Virus record (IMG/VR): IMGVR_UViG_3300046710_000146
Location: 32,001-96,000 of that record
Source of the DNA: a virus
Taxonomy: Duplodnaviria; Caudoviricetes
DNA: 64,000 bases
Strand: one strand, 5' to 3'
Part shown: positions 46,671-54,838 of the stretch, piece after piece
Layout: every line of letters begins with the position of its first letter
How positions within the stretch are numbered: the first letter of the stretch is position 1
Notes under the pieces: model-generated
Seen by the model: the letters and a program-made list of their open reading frames with translations, nothing else
What the model was told of the DNA's origin: nothing
The model's database searches: none
Translations under genes and position numbers: made by a program

Positions 46671-46969
46671 CAAGCTTCAACGTAAACGTCAGGGGAGGCG
46701 GAGGAAGCAACGCCGCCATGGGTTTGTTTACCACATCGATGCGGCACGATTGAGGTCACACCAAGTAAAGCGACTGCTTGGTTGTTCACGAATACGGTAC
46801 TTGACCAGCCACCTGAAAATACAGTTGGCGGAAAGCACCCATGCCCCGTGGTTGTTTTTTGCCCTTGGTGTGTGATTGGCAACCCGTTCGCGAACACGTT
46901 GTTCGACCCTGCGGCCGAATGATCGCCGCATGATACGCTATCGCCAATTCGAACGGTATTTCCTGCCAT
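46670..46969 (-). CDS. PAAR-repeat baseplate spike tip (gp5.4-like)
   Basis: VRIGD..SCG...GS.NVFANG, GHGCFPP, VFVN, H.C...H. Confidence 0.88.
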   Translation of the reverse strand: MAGNTVRIGDSVSCGDHSAAGSNNVFANGLPITHQGQKTTTGHGCFPPTVFSGGWSSTVFVNNQAVALLGVTSIVPHRCGKQTHGGVASSASPDVYVEA

Positions 46970-46990
46970 GCCCTATTTAGGTCGTCAGAA

Positions 46991-47539
46991 TCACATATTC
47001 ACTGAGATCGTTGGGGTGCACCCAAGCGCCCGAAGATCTGACTTCAAACGCCCTGGTGAAAGATTCAAATTTGGCAGCGGCACACCACCTTGATGTAGGA
47101 CATCAGCAACCAACTCAGAGCAGACCTGCCGCTTAGTATTACCTGCTGGGATCCCAAAGAACTCCTTCAGCCCAATGCTGATTAGGTCGAAGTATCCATA
47201 CGGCTCATCCGCAACCCGTGACAGCAACAGCTCTTCCATCTTGGTGAAGTCACCGGGACAAGGGGTGACATCAAATTTGAAGTTTGCGTAGTGACTCAGT
47301 GGAATTAGCCGCTTGCCATCACCCGCGGCATGGGCCTCAACCATCATCAACCGGTCAATACCACTTGGGGACTTCATCCAGATCACCATCCCAGTGTGAT
47401 ACACGGGCGAGCCCGTGAAGATTCTGACGAGCGTTGGGAAGATCTTCTTTAGTGAGAGCGAGAATGTCGTGTAAACAGAGATCACATCTCCATTCTTGAT
47501 AAATGCGCGCGCGGCCTCATAGCTCATGTCTTGTGTCAT
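46991..47539 (-). CDS. permuted papain-like NlpC/P60 enzyme (YiiX/YebB-like)
   Basis: KNGDVI, HTG, EA, PY, CSELV order (His before Cys). Confidence 0.8.
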   Translation of the reverse strand: MTQDMSYEAARAFIKNGDVISVYTTFSLSLKKIFPTLVRIFTGSPVYHTGMVIWMKSPSGIDRLMMVEAHAAGDGKRLIPLSHYANFKFDVTPCPGDFTKMEELLLSRVADEPYGYFDLISIGLKEFFGIPAGNTKRQVCSELVADVLHQGGVPLPNLNLSPGRLKSDLRALGCTPTISVNM

Positions 47540-47548
47540 ATTGAATCC

Positions 47549-49174
47549 TTATAATGCTGGAAGTGATTGGCAGTATGCCAAACAGTTGTTCGCACGAGTC
47601 GTCCAGCCTGGGAAGTCGGCAAGTCGTGCAAGCTTCTTGATGAAGTTCAAGCGGGCGGTGTTCAGCTGAACACACATCGCCTGCTGCTGCGCCTGAGATT
47701 GAACACCGCTGATTGCAAGACCAGCATCGTTGAAGATCTTTCTACCATTTCCGCCGCCATGATGGAAGTTTATGTCAAACAACATCACGCTGACGAGTGG
47801 AGCGTTCGTCAATAAGGTTCCCGTAGATGGGATTGGGGACCCCTTCCAGTAGTTATTGAACCCAGTCTTCTTGGCGCCCGCGTAGTCGACAGTTCGTACG
47901 ACAGTTCGTGGATTTGGTTTCTGTGCAATGCCAAACTTTGTTTCTCCACCTGGAAAATTTTCAATGTTCACGTACCCAACTTTGTTTCGCTGGGCGGAGG
48001 TACCAATCAAACCCGCGATCACATCTGGATCTGATGCAGAGGAAGCTGACCAATGCGGTCCAACTTCGGCGGTCATTGTGAAGAACCAAGCTAACTCAAA
48101 TGGATCATTTGTTGGCGGTGCAGGATTCGCTGGATCAGTAGTCTCTGGTGGCAAAGCAGCTGGATATGCTGGTCCAAATGGTTCACAGCTCTCTTGTCGT
48201 GCTTGAACCTCGGCTTCACCTAATGATGCGGTGCTGGTCCGTGTTTCAACATCAGCCCCATCGCCGTTCGGAAGGGTTGAGCGTGCAACATCTAGCGAAC
48301 CGCGGATAAGTGGTTCTGGATCAATGAACTTGCCATCAGGCAGCTTGCATTCAAAGTGCAGGTGATTACCGGTGCTCGCGCCTGTCGATCCTTCCAGCCC
48401 GATCTTCTGGCCCGCCATAACCTTCTGGCCCTCTTGCACATACACCTTTGCTAGGTGATTGTACGTCGTCGTGCACAGATGTTTACCAGCACCGCTTAGG
48501 TGCTTCACCCATACTCGAACGCCATATCCAGTTCCTGGATTTCCACCAGCGAGCATCACGGTGCCGTCAGCTGCGGCTAGGCAGTCTTTGACCGCCCGAT
48601 CAGCATACTTCATGTCGATGCCAGTATGCATCTTCATGACCTTCTGAATTGGGTGCATGCGCGGACCGAACTTAGAGTTCACAATCGACCCGGGTAGTGG
48701 GCTGATCAGTTGAATCTCAGTGCCTTCACCACCAGCGGATGGGGCTACGGTATATCCACGAACATCGAGGGTTCCACCACTCCAGGCGACGGTGATCTTG
48801 ATCTTGTACTTTGCGGTCAGATCACTGAACGTGCCACTCAGGTGACCGCTGGTGGTGAGCGTCAACCCTGGTGGTAGGGTATCAATTGTCCAGGCAAGGG
48901 TGCTCTCAGTCTCATGTGTGGAGCCCTTAGTTAGCCTGAACTGCACGTCCACTGATGCTGATGTTGGGGTGCGCACAATTGGGATCGAAGCATTCTCGAT
49001 CTTGTCGTTCACATTCCCCGTGGCATCATCTTGTAACCCCGTTGTGTTTCCACCACGGGCCATGTAGCATTCAACGGTCTCTCCAGGGCGCATGTCACTC
49101 TCGGGGCCGCTGGCCTCAGAGAAGGCTGCACCGATCGCGGTACTTGGTGGAACTGGTGGGCAGCAGCCGGCCAT
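47549..49174 (-). CDS. multidomain peptidoglycan hydrolase: Ig-like + M23 peptidase + GH108-like domain
   Basis: LPPGLTL...G.LSG (Ig); H.GID, Y.HL, STGNHLHFE (M23); GGETKFGI, FD..HHG, GW..R (GH108 plus PG-binding). Confidence 0.85.
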   Translation of the reverse strand: MAGCCPPVPPSTAIGAAFSEASGPESDMRPGETVECYMARGGNTTGLQDDATGNVNDKIENASIPIVRTPTSASVDVQFRLTKGSTHETESTLAWTIDTLPPGLTLTTSGHLSGTFSDLTAKYKIKITVAWSGGTLDVRGYTVAPSAGGEGTEIQLISPLPGSIVNSKFGPRMHPIQKVMKMHTGIDMKYADRAVKDCLAAADGTVMLAGGNPGTGYGVRVWVKHLSGAGKHLCTTTYNHLAKVYVQEGQKVMAGQKIGLEGSTGASTGNHLHFECKLPDGKFIDPEPLIRGSLDVARSTLPNGDGADVETRTSTASLGEAEVQARQESCEPFGPAYPAALPPETTDPANPAPPTNDPFELAWFFTMTAEVGPHWSASSASDPDVIAGLIGTSAQRNKVGYVNIENFPGGETKFGIAQKPNPRTVVRTVDYAGAKKTGFNNYWKGSPIPSTGTLLTNAPLVSVMLFDINFHHGGGNGRKIFNDAGLAISGVQSQAQQQAMCVQLNTARLNFIKKLARLADFPGWTTRANNCLAYCQSLPAL

Positions 49175-49428
49175 TATTTGCAGCTCTTCAGCGCGATCCG
49201 GAGTTCATTTTCATATGCAGTTGTGACCTCAACATCACCCATTAGATCACGAACAGCCTCGAAGACATCAGTGTACGGCGGGGTGAACCGAAGGGTAGGC
49301 GCAGCTGGCTCTTCAGTCTTGCATGGCACCTGCACCTCGACCTTTACCACTGGTGGAACTTGAATTGTTGGGGCTGTTACGCAGCCACCCAATGCCAGCA
49401 TAAGAATCAGCGTGAATATAAGTTTCAT
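49174..49428 (-). CDS. o-spanin (Rz1-like lipoprotein)
   Basis: Lipobox LGGC; Pro-rich; C-terminal Cys; follows the i-spanin. Confidence 0.8.
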   Translation of the reverse strand: MKLIFTLILMLALGGCVTAPTIQVPPVVKVEVQVPCKTEEPAAPTLRFTPPYTDVFEAVRDLMGDVEVTTAYENELRIALKSCK

Positions 49429-49787
49429 TTTTGCACCCCGTTGATCAGATCTAATGCAGACTTGCAGGAGTTTCCTGGTGTTGACGGCGGCGTCTTGTAG
49501 ATCATGGTCGCCTTCTTCTTTGCCTTCACCGTCTCAGCCTTAGCAGCATCGATCAGGACCTTTGCTTCAGCAACTCGCTTGTCAGCCACAACCTTGGCCG
49601 CATCCACCGCGGCGTTCTGATCAAGGATCTTCTGCGAGAGGACATTGCCCTGAGCCGCACAGGTTATAAGCTGCTGCTCAAGGTCTTTGACAGCGTGCTG
49701 CAGATGTGACACATACAAGAGTGCGCCAACGCACGCGGACACGATAAGTCCAATGCCAATCAACTTGGCGTATAGTCCTGATAACAT
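49425..49787 (-). CDS. i-spanin (Rz-like)
   Basis: N-terminal TM, coiled coil, C-terminal Cys. Confidence 0.8.
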   Translation of the reverse strand: MLSGLYAKLIGIGLIVSACVGALLYVSHLQHAVKDLEQQLITCAAQGNVLSQKILDQNAAVDAAKVVADKRVAEAKVLIDAAKAETVKAKKKATMIYKTPPSTPGNSCKSALDLINGVQK

Positions 49788-49807
49788 ATGGGTATGCTCC
49801 TATGGAG

Positions 49808-50416
49808 TTAGATGAAGTCGATTGTGCCTACAGCTTCACCGATCGAACCAACCGATGGGGAAGAAATTGTGATTGCCACAGAGTATGGCAATAGATATGT
49901 ACCACCCGGTGTGAAGGTTACGTGTACCACAGCGCTGGTTGCGCCAATAGCAAAGGTTAAGGTACCGGCGTCGTTGAACGGGGCATCACCGTCATACGCG
50001 CCGTATGTGCCATCATTGCTGGGCAGTCTGACCATCGACCAAGCCACCGTGGCTGCTGGTGTATCACCAGTCCGGGTCACGGTGAATGGCGCGGTGAATC
50101 CATCAACGGTGGTGTCAATTGTACTTGCACCCGCATAGAACACGGTTGGGTACGCGAACACTGGGTCAATTGCCTGGGCTCCAATTGGATGTATATCAGC
50201 AACATTGCCATACAGGCGAACGGTGCCGCTGTATGGTTTTGTGAACTCAACCAAGAGCTCCGTGGTGCTAACGGCTTTCACTGACATTGGAAGGATCTGT
50301 GTCGCCACCCCATCAATGATAGTTACCACACTGGTGATTGGCACATTGGTGTACGAGTGATTGATCGTCCATGTTTGAGCTGGAACGACCTGAGTAAAGA
50401 TTTGCGCAAAGTTCAT
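49808..50416 (-). CDS. fibre-associated protein: W-x-I-x-H module + Calx-beta-like domain
   Basis: TWTINH...; FTVTRTG...GTLTFAIG. Confidence 0.7.
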   Translation of the reverse strand: MNFAQIFTQVVPAQTWTINHSYTNVPITSVVTIIDGVATQILPMSVKAVSTTELLVEFTKPYSGTVRLYGNVADIHPIGAQAIDPVFAYPTVFYAGASTIDTTVDGFTAPFTVTRTGDTPAATVAWSMVRLPSNDGTYGAYDGDAPFNDAGTLTFAIGATSAVVHVTFTPGGTYLLPYSVAITISSPSVGSIGEAVGTIDFI

Positions 50417-50646
50417 GATAGCGTCGCCTTTCCGGTGAGCGGAACCGAGAACGTGATCGTGCACGTATTTGGATTCGTGTACGCCACAGATTTTGGCAGG
50501 ATCTTCTGGCTCTCACCTTGATAGTCGACAAAGACATCAACAATGGGGTACATCCCCATGTTGTGTACAATGACCCAAGATGCAGACGCCACGGCTTGGG
50601 TGTGTTCAAACACCTGTGATGGTAGCTGTGAGTGCAGGTTTGCCAT
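50413..50646 (-). CDS. stand-alone W-x-I-x-H-N-L module protein
   Basis: HTQAVASASWVIVHNMG...ITFS.P.TG.A; AAGGAG SD. Confidence 0.75.
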   Translation of the reverse strand: MANLHSQLPSQVFEHTQAVASASWVIVHNMGMYPIVDVFVDYQGESQKILPKSVAYTNPNTCTITFSVPLTGKATLS

Positions 50647-50659
50647 TATTGCTCCTTGA

Positions 50660-51259
50660 TTAGATGAGGCGCGCGTAACCAACCTGCGGGGTGCTGAACG
50701 TTACGGTGATTTGGTTCAAGCTGTCATGAATGATCGTGAGCGGCTGAACTTCCTGTGAACCGATAAAGACTCGAACAATTGGGTAGTACCCAAGATTGTG
50801 CACAATAGTCCAGGCAGAATCAGCTGCGCCTTGTTGAAACGTGAATGCGTATGTTGGCTTCACATTACCGTCAAACATACCTGAGATACATACAGCGCGA
50901 CCGGCCATTGCACCCGCAAAGGTGATCGTTGCGGTGTTTGCACTGGTGGTTTCAATCTGGTCAGGAATCACAACCCGATTTGAGTTGTCAAAAACCTGGA
51001 AGTTCACCGATGAGGTGTTCAGCCCGTGCACAACGTACCAGGTGGTGGCAGCGGTAACCTGAGGATGCGTGTACGCGGTGATTTCATTTGTGAGAGGAAC
51101 CCAAACTGGAAGGGCTCCGGCTGCAACGCAGATGTATACGATGCTGTTCATAAATGCGATCTGCCCAACGCCTGGAAGTGGCGGGAAGGCGGTGAGAGTT
51201 TCGAGAGTTGCATTTTGCAACTGGTTCTGTTGTAGATTGGCGTGGCCGTAGAACTTCAT
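50660..51259 (-). CDS. fibre-associated protein with two W-x-I-x-H modules
   Basis: TWYVVHGLN and AWTIVHNLG; TAAATA at 51293. Confidence 0.8.
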   Translation of the reverse strand: MKFYGHANLQQNQLQNATLETLTAFPPLPGVGQIAFMNSIVYICVAAGALPVWVPLTNEITAYTHPQVTAATTWYVVHGLNTSSVNFQVFDNSNRVVIPDQIETTSANTATITFAGAMAGRAVCISGMFDGNVKPTYAFTFQQGAADSAWTIVHNLGYYPIVRVFIGSQEVQPLTIIHDSLNQITVTFSTPQVGYARLI

Positions 51260-51319
51260 TTGGGTGTCCTCAATTAGGGAAGTGGTCAGATGTATTTATG
51301 AGCTTAGGGGATCTGGATG

Positions 51320-51349
51320 AAAAAAGGGGTAGTCCATCGGACTACCCCT
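51320..51349 (-). terminator. intrinsic terminator
   Basis: AGGGGTAGTCC-ATC-GGACTACCCCT with a T6 tract on the minus strand. Confidence 0.85.
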
Positions 51350-51381
51350 GTTTCATGTACCTAGCGATAGGCGATCGTCAA

Positions 51382-54126
51382 TTAGACAATACCCATAACA
51401 ACGACCTTACCAGCGATGGCGGTGTTGAAGGTAACTGTCAGGCTGGTGGTGCCATCGAACTTGATGGACTGTGGGATCACCACTTCGTCGGTTGAATCGA
51501 CAATGGTCACGTTGCAGTACTTCTGGCCGATACCGTGGGTAACGGTCCATGAAGTAGAAGCTACAGCTTGAGTGTGCAGGTGATAGATCTTCGCAGCTTG
51601 CCAAGCAGAACCGTCAGCGATCAGAGCTTGACCAGCGGTCGTTGCTGGTGCAATACCAACATCTTGCAGATCACCAAGTGTAATCGTTGCACCAACCGCA
51701 GCTGGAGTAACAGCAACCCAGTCACCAGCGCTCTTCTGCAGCAGGCTGTTCGTAGCAGCGGCGTCAGCGGCTGAGACGTTTGACAGCGCGTCGAGCGAAG
51801 AAGCCAGAGTCACGGCGCCATTTACATCGACCGCGAAGTTTGCAGCTGCAAACGAAGCAACGCCGGTAAGCGAGGCAGTTGCCTTGCGAGCCGTGATCAC
51901 CAGGCTGTTTGCACCCATAGCGGTCGAGATCGCAGCACCGTCACCGATGATTGCGAATGACTCACCAAGTGCAACTGGATCAGAACCGGCGACGCTGTCA
52001 GTGATGGTGATTGTGCTGTTGTCCAGCTGTGCATTCGAAATTGCAGCAATTGAAACAACGCCAGCAACCACAGCAAAGTCAGCCGATGCGAACTGTGCAA
52101 CACCCTTCTGAGTGTATGATGCATCAGCAACACTGATGGTAACGCTTGAGGTGCCAGCTGGCGACTCAGTCGTTGCAGTAGAAACACCTTGAGCTGGCGT
52201 ACCCTTGATCTGCAGTGTATCACCAAGAATGAGAGCATCGGTACCGGTGTCACCATTCAGGGTGAACTGTGAGTGAACCAACATGTCATTCGTAACACCA
52301 AGTGCCGAGATCTTCAGACCTGCAGTTGATTGCTCAAGACCAGCACCATCCAACATGAATGTCAGTTGACCACCAGCAGCAACCGATGAGAGCTGAACAG
52401 CCTTGTTCGGAACAATGTCGAGACCAATTTCATCAGTTGGGAGCTCGGAGATACCAGCACCAAGGTTCACATAGATGGTGTTGCCAGAAGAACCGAGACC
52501 AGTGCCCCATGTGTATGTGCTTGAACCAGAGAACTGGGTCCAGACAACTGGAGATGTACCGATCGTGGTAACAGTGCTGGTTTGTGTCCAACCTGAGTTA
52601 TCATTGATCGTACCGTCAAGAACGAAGACCGTTGCGCCATTGAACTCAGCGGCAGTGTCCATAGCTGGATCACGAACTGGAGCACCAGCAGCTTGAACAA
52701 CGTAGATGCCGTTTTCAGCAGGAGCGGTCTGATCTTTGACCAAGACACGATTGCCAGCAATAAGCGTGATGCCGTCAAGAACGGAACCAGCTGTGATGGT
52801 TGCCAGTGCAACGTTAGCAACCGTAGCGGCGTTAACAGCTTGCTTCCATGAGAGACCAGCAGCAACTGCGTCAACGTATGCTTTGTTTGCACCTTGATTG
52901 TCGAGCGTTGGGACACTGTCCATGGTCACGAAGTTCGTGCCCATAATCAAGTTACCCGACATGGTGTCACCAATGACGTTCACGTATGTAGCATCAGTCA
53001 AGGCGGTGATATCGGCAAGAACCACCGCGGTGTTACCAACAACACGACCCTTAGAGTCAAGGGTGATCTTACGGAAGTCACCGGTGGCGGCTTGCGTAAC
53101 AGGTGCCAGACCAAACGTGGTGTCAGTAGTGATACCAGCTGCGTCACCAGTAATCACGATGTCGGCAGCAACCGTTGAGAATGAACGGGTTGTTGCGCCG
53201 CCGTCAGCAGTGCGAACAATATAACCGGTCGTTGCGAGGCCTTCAAGAGCAGCCAAGTCATTGGCAAGCGCAAAGGTTGGGTTACCAGAACCGTCGAGAT
53301 TTGACAGCGTGAAACCAGCAGCTGGATTCACAAAGGTCCGTGAAGAAACGATGTTCCCAGTTGCATCAACGGTGACGAAGCCAGGGCCGGTCAACGAGGC
53401 CAACGAGGTCAGACCGGCATCAAGCGGTTGCTTGTTGTCAAGTTGGCCTTGAATGCCAGAGGTAACACCATCAACAAAGCTCAGTTCACCAGCTGTGAGG
53501 GTAGATACGATGCCGGTAAGGACATTCAGCTCAACAGCGGTAGAGGTGACGTTGTGCAGCTTGATGAAGTCAGCTTGAACAGCGGTACCAAGGTGCAGCT
53601 CATTCAGCTCGAGTGCAGTTGCGGTAACATTCGAAACGTCAGCGAGGACCAGCGTGTGATCGAGCCAGTTTGAATTTCCAGCGGTGAACAGGAACTTAGC
53701 GCCAGTTGGAACTGCGGCTGACAACGTAACGTCATCGAGTTCGTACAACGTGTTGTTCGCGGTAGCGTACGCAGCAATTTGGTTGATCGCGTTCGTGAAT
53801 GATGTTGGGGTCGACAGGCCGGCTTGGGCTGGGAAGCCAGCAGCGTTGAACGTACCGTCGGTGTTGATACCAGCACCGAGGGAAGCCTCGATTGCATCGC
53901 CTTCAGCTTGTGAGAACGCGGTGCCACCAGTTGCCGTTGCAACCCATGATCCGCCGCCAATGGTGTCTGAACCGAAGGACAGCACTGAGGTAGTTGAATT
54001 GTAGATCAGACGGCCATGGTCTTGTCCTGGGGTGTAACCTGGCATTGCGGCGTATTTTTCAACGCGAAGGTTCTTGATTTCTGATGCGGATGATGCATCA
54101 AATGCTAGTGAGCCGTTAACTTTCAT
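51382..54126 (-). CDS. long fibre/whisker-like structural protein (914 aa)
   Basis: A/T/G-rich; ANKAYVD, RVLVKDQ....NGIY, KGVAQF repeats; C-terminal SWTVTHG module; AGGAG SD. Confidence 0.85.
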   Translation of the reverse strand: MKVNGSLAFDASSASEIKNLRVEKYAAMPGYTPGQDHGRLIYNSTTSVLSFGSDTIGGGSWVATATGGTAFSQAEGDAIEASLGAGINTDGTFNAAGFPAQAGLSTPTSFTNAINQIAAYATANNTLYELDDVTLSAAVPTGAKFLFTAGNSNWLDHTLVLADVSNVTATALELNELHLGTAVQADFIKLHNVTSTAVELNVLTGIVSTLTAGELSFVDGVTSGIQGQLDNKQPLDAGLTSLASLTGPGFVTVDATGNIVSSRTFVNPAAGFTLSNLDGSGNPTFALANDLAALEGLATTGYIVRTADGGATTRSFSTVAADIVITGDAAGITTDTTFGLAPVTQAATGDFRKITLDSKGRVVGNTAVVLADITALTDATYVNVIGDTMSGNLIMGTNFVTMDSVPTLDNQGANKAYVDAVAAGLSWKQAVNAATVANVALATITAGSVLDGITLIAGNRVLVKDQTAPAENGIYVVQAAGAPVRDPAMDTAAEFNGATVFVLDGTINDNSGWTQTSTVTTIGTSPVVWTQFSGSSTYTWGTGLGSSGNTIYVNLGAGISELPTDEIGLDIVPNKAVQLSSVAAGGQLTFMLDGAGLEQSTAGLKISALGVTNDMLVHSQFTLNGDTGTDALILGDTLQIKGTPAQGVSTATTESPAGTSSVTISVADASYTQKGVAQFASADFAVVAGVVSIAAISNAQLDNSTITITDSVAGSDPVALGESFAIIGDGAAISTAMGANSLVITARKATASLTGVASFAAANFAVDVNGAVTLASSLDALSNVSAADAAATNSLLQKSAGDWVAVTPAAVGATITLGDLQDVGIAPATTAGQALIADGSAWQAAKIYHLHTQAVASTSWTVTHGIGQKYCNVTIVDSTDEVVIPQSIKFDGTTSLTVTFNTAIAGKVVVMGIV

Positions 54127-54138
54127 GGGTGTCTCCTG

Positions 54139-54366
54139 TTATAGAATGCGTTTTGTGGCGGTTGTCAACGCCTTTACCGCGTTGTTCAATGCGACTGGTT
54201 CAACTCGAGATTGTCCCAAATTGAACTCTGTTAGCTGCGAATCCTCAACATCGGCAAAGCAAAAAATGCCTCGCTTACCGTCTTTTTCGATCCGGTCAAG
54301 GCGATACCCGTGCACTTTTAACACTGCAGCTAGGACGATATCACTCGTTTCGACGTGTTGCTTCAT
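54139..54366 (-). CDS. small protein (DUF5659-like)
   Basis: ETSDI.LAA.L...G.......G.R..F.F pattern; TAAATA at 54400. Confidence 0.6.
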   Translation of the reverse strand: MKQHVETSDIVLAAVLKVHGYRLDRIEKDGKRGIFCFADVEDSQLTEFNLGQSRVEPVALNNAVKALTTATKRIL

Positions 54367-54439
54367 GGATAAACATCTTGGTCTGGTTTTCTTCAGTGGT
54401 ATTTAGAGAATTGACTGTAAGAGCAGTAAAAAAGTGCTA

Positions 54440-54838
54440 TCAATCTAAAAATATCACCCGGGCAACCCCAGCCTGAGCCGTGTTGAACGTGATGACGATG
54501 GTGTTTGCGTCCAAAATCTGCATGTTATCTGGAATGATCACGTACTTGTTCTCATCGAACGCCTGGATAATCACCTCTTCCGAGGCCAAATTATGTGCTA
54601 CCACCCATACGGCGTTAGGTACCATGACAGCGAGTTTAAAGGATCGAAGTGTAGAGTTTGGAACGCCTTGAACAACGCCACCAACTGAGCCTAGAACTTG
54701 CCCATCGGCAATCGGAACACCAACGTGCTGACGGGGTCCAGGCCCGCGACGGACTAGAACATTTTCTTGACCGCTATCAGTTTCAGTATATGGTCGTTTA
54801 GGTAGCTCTACCTGAACGAAGGTCTCAAATGCACTCAT
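54440..54838 (-). CDS. fibre-associated protein with C-terminal W-x-V-x-H-N-L module
   Basis: VWVVAHNL...ITFN..QAG.ARV. Confidence 0.75.
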   Translation of the reverse strand: MSAFETFVQVELPKRPYTETDSGQENVLVRRGPGPRQHVGVPIADGQVLGSVGGVVQGVPNSTLRSFKLAVMVPNAVWVVAHNLASEEVIIQAFDENKYVIIPDNMQILDANTIVITFNTAQAGVARVIFLD

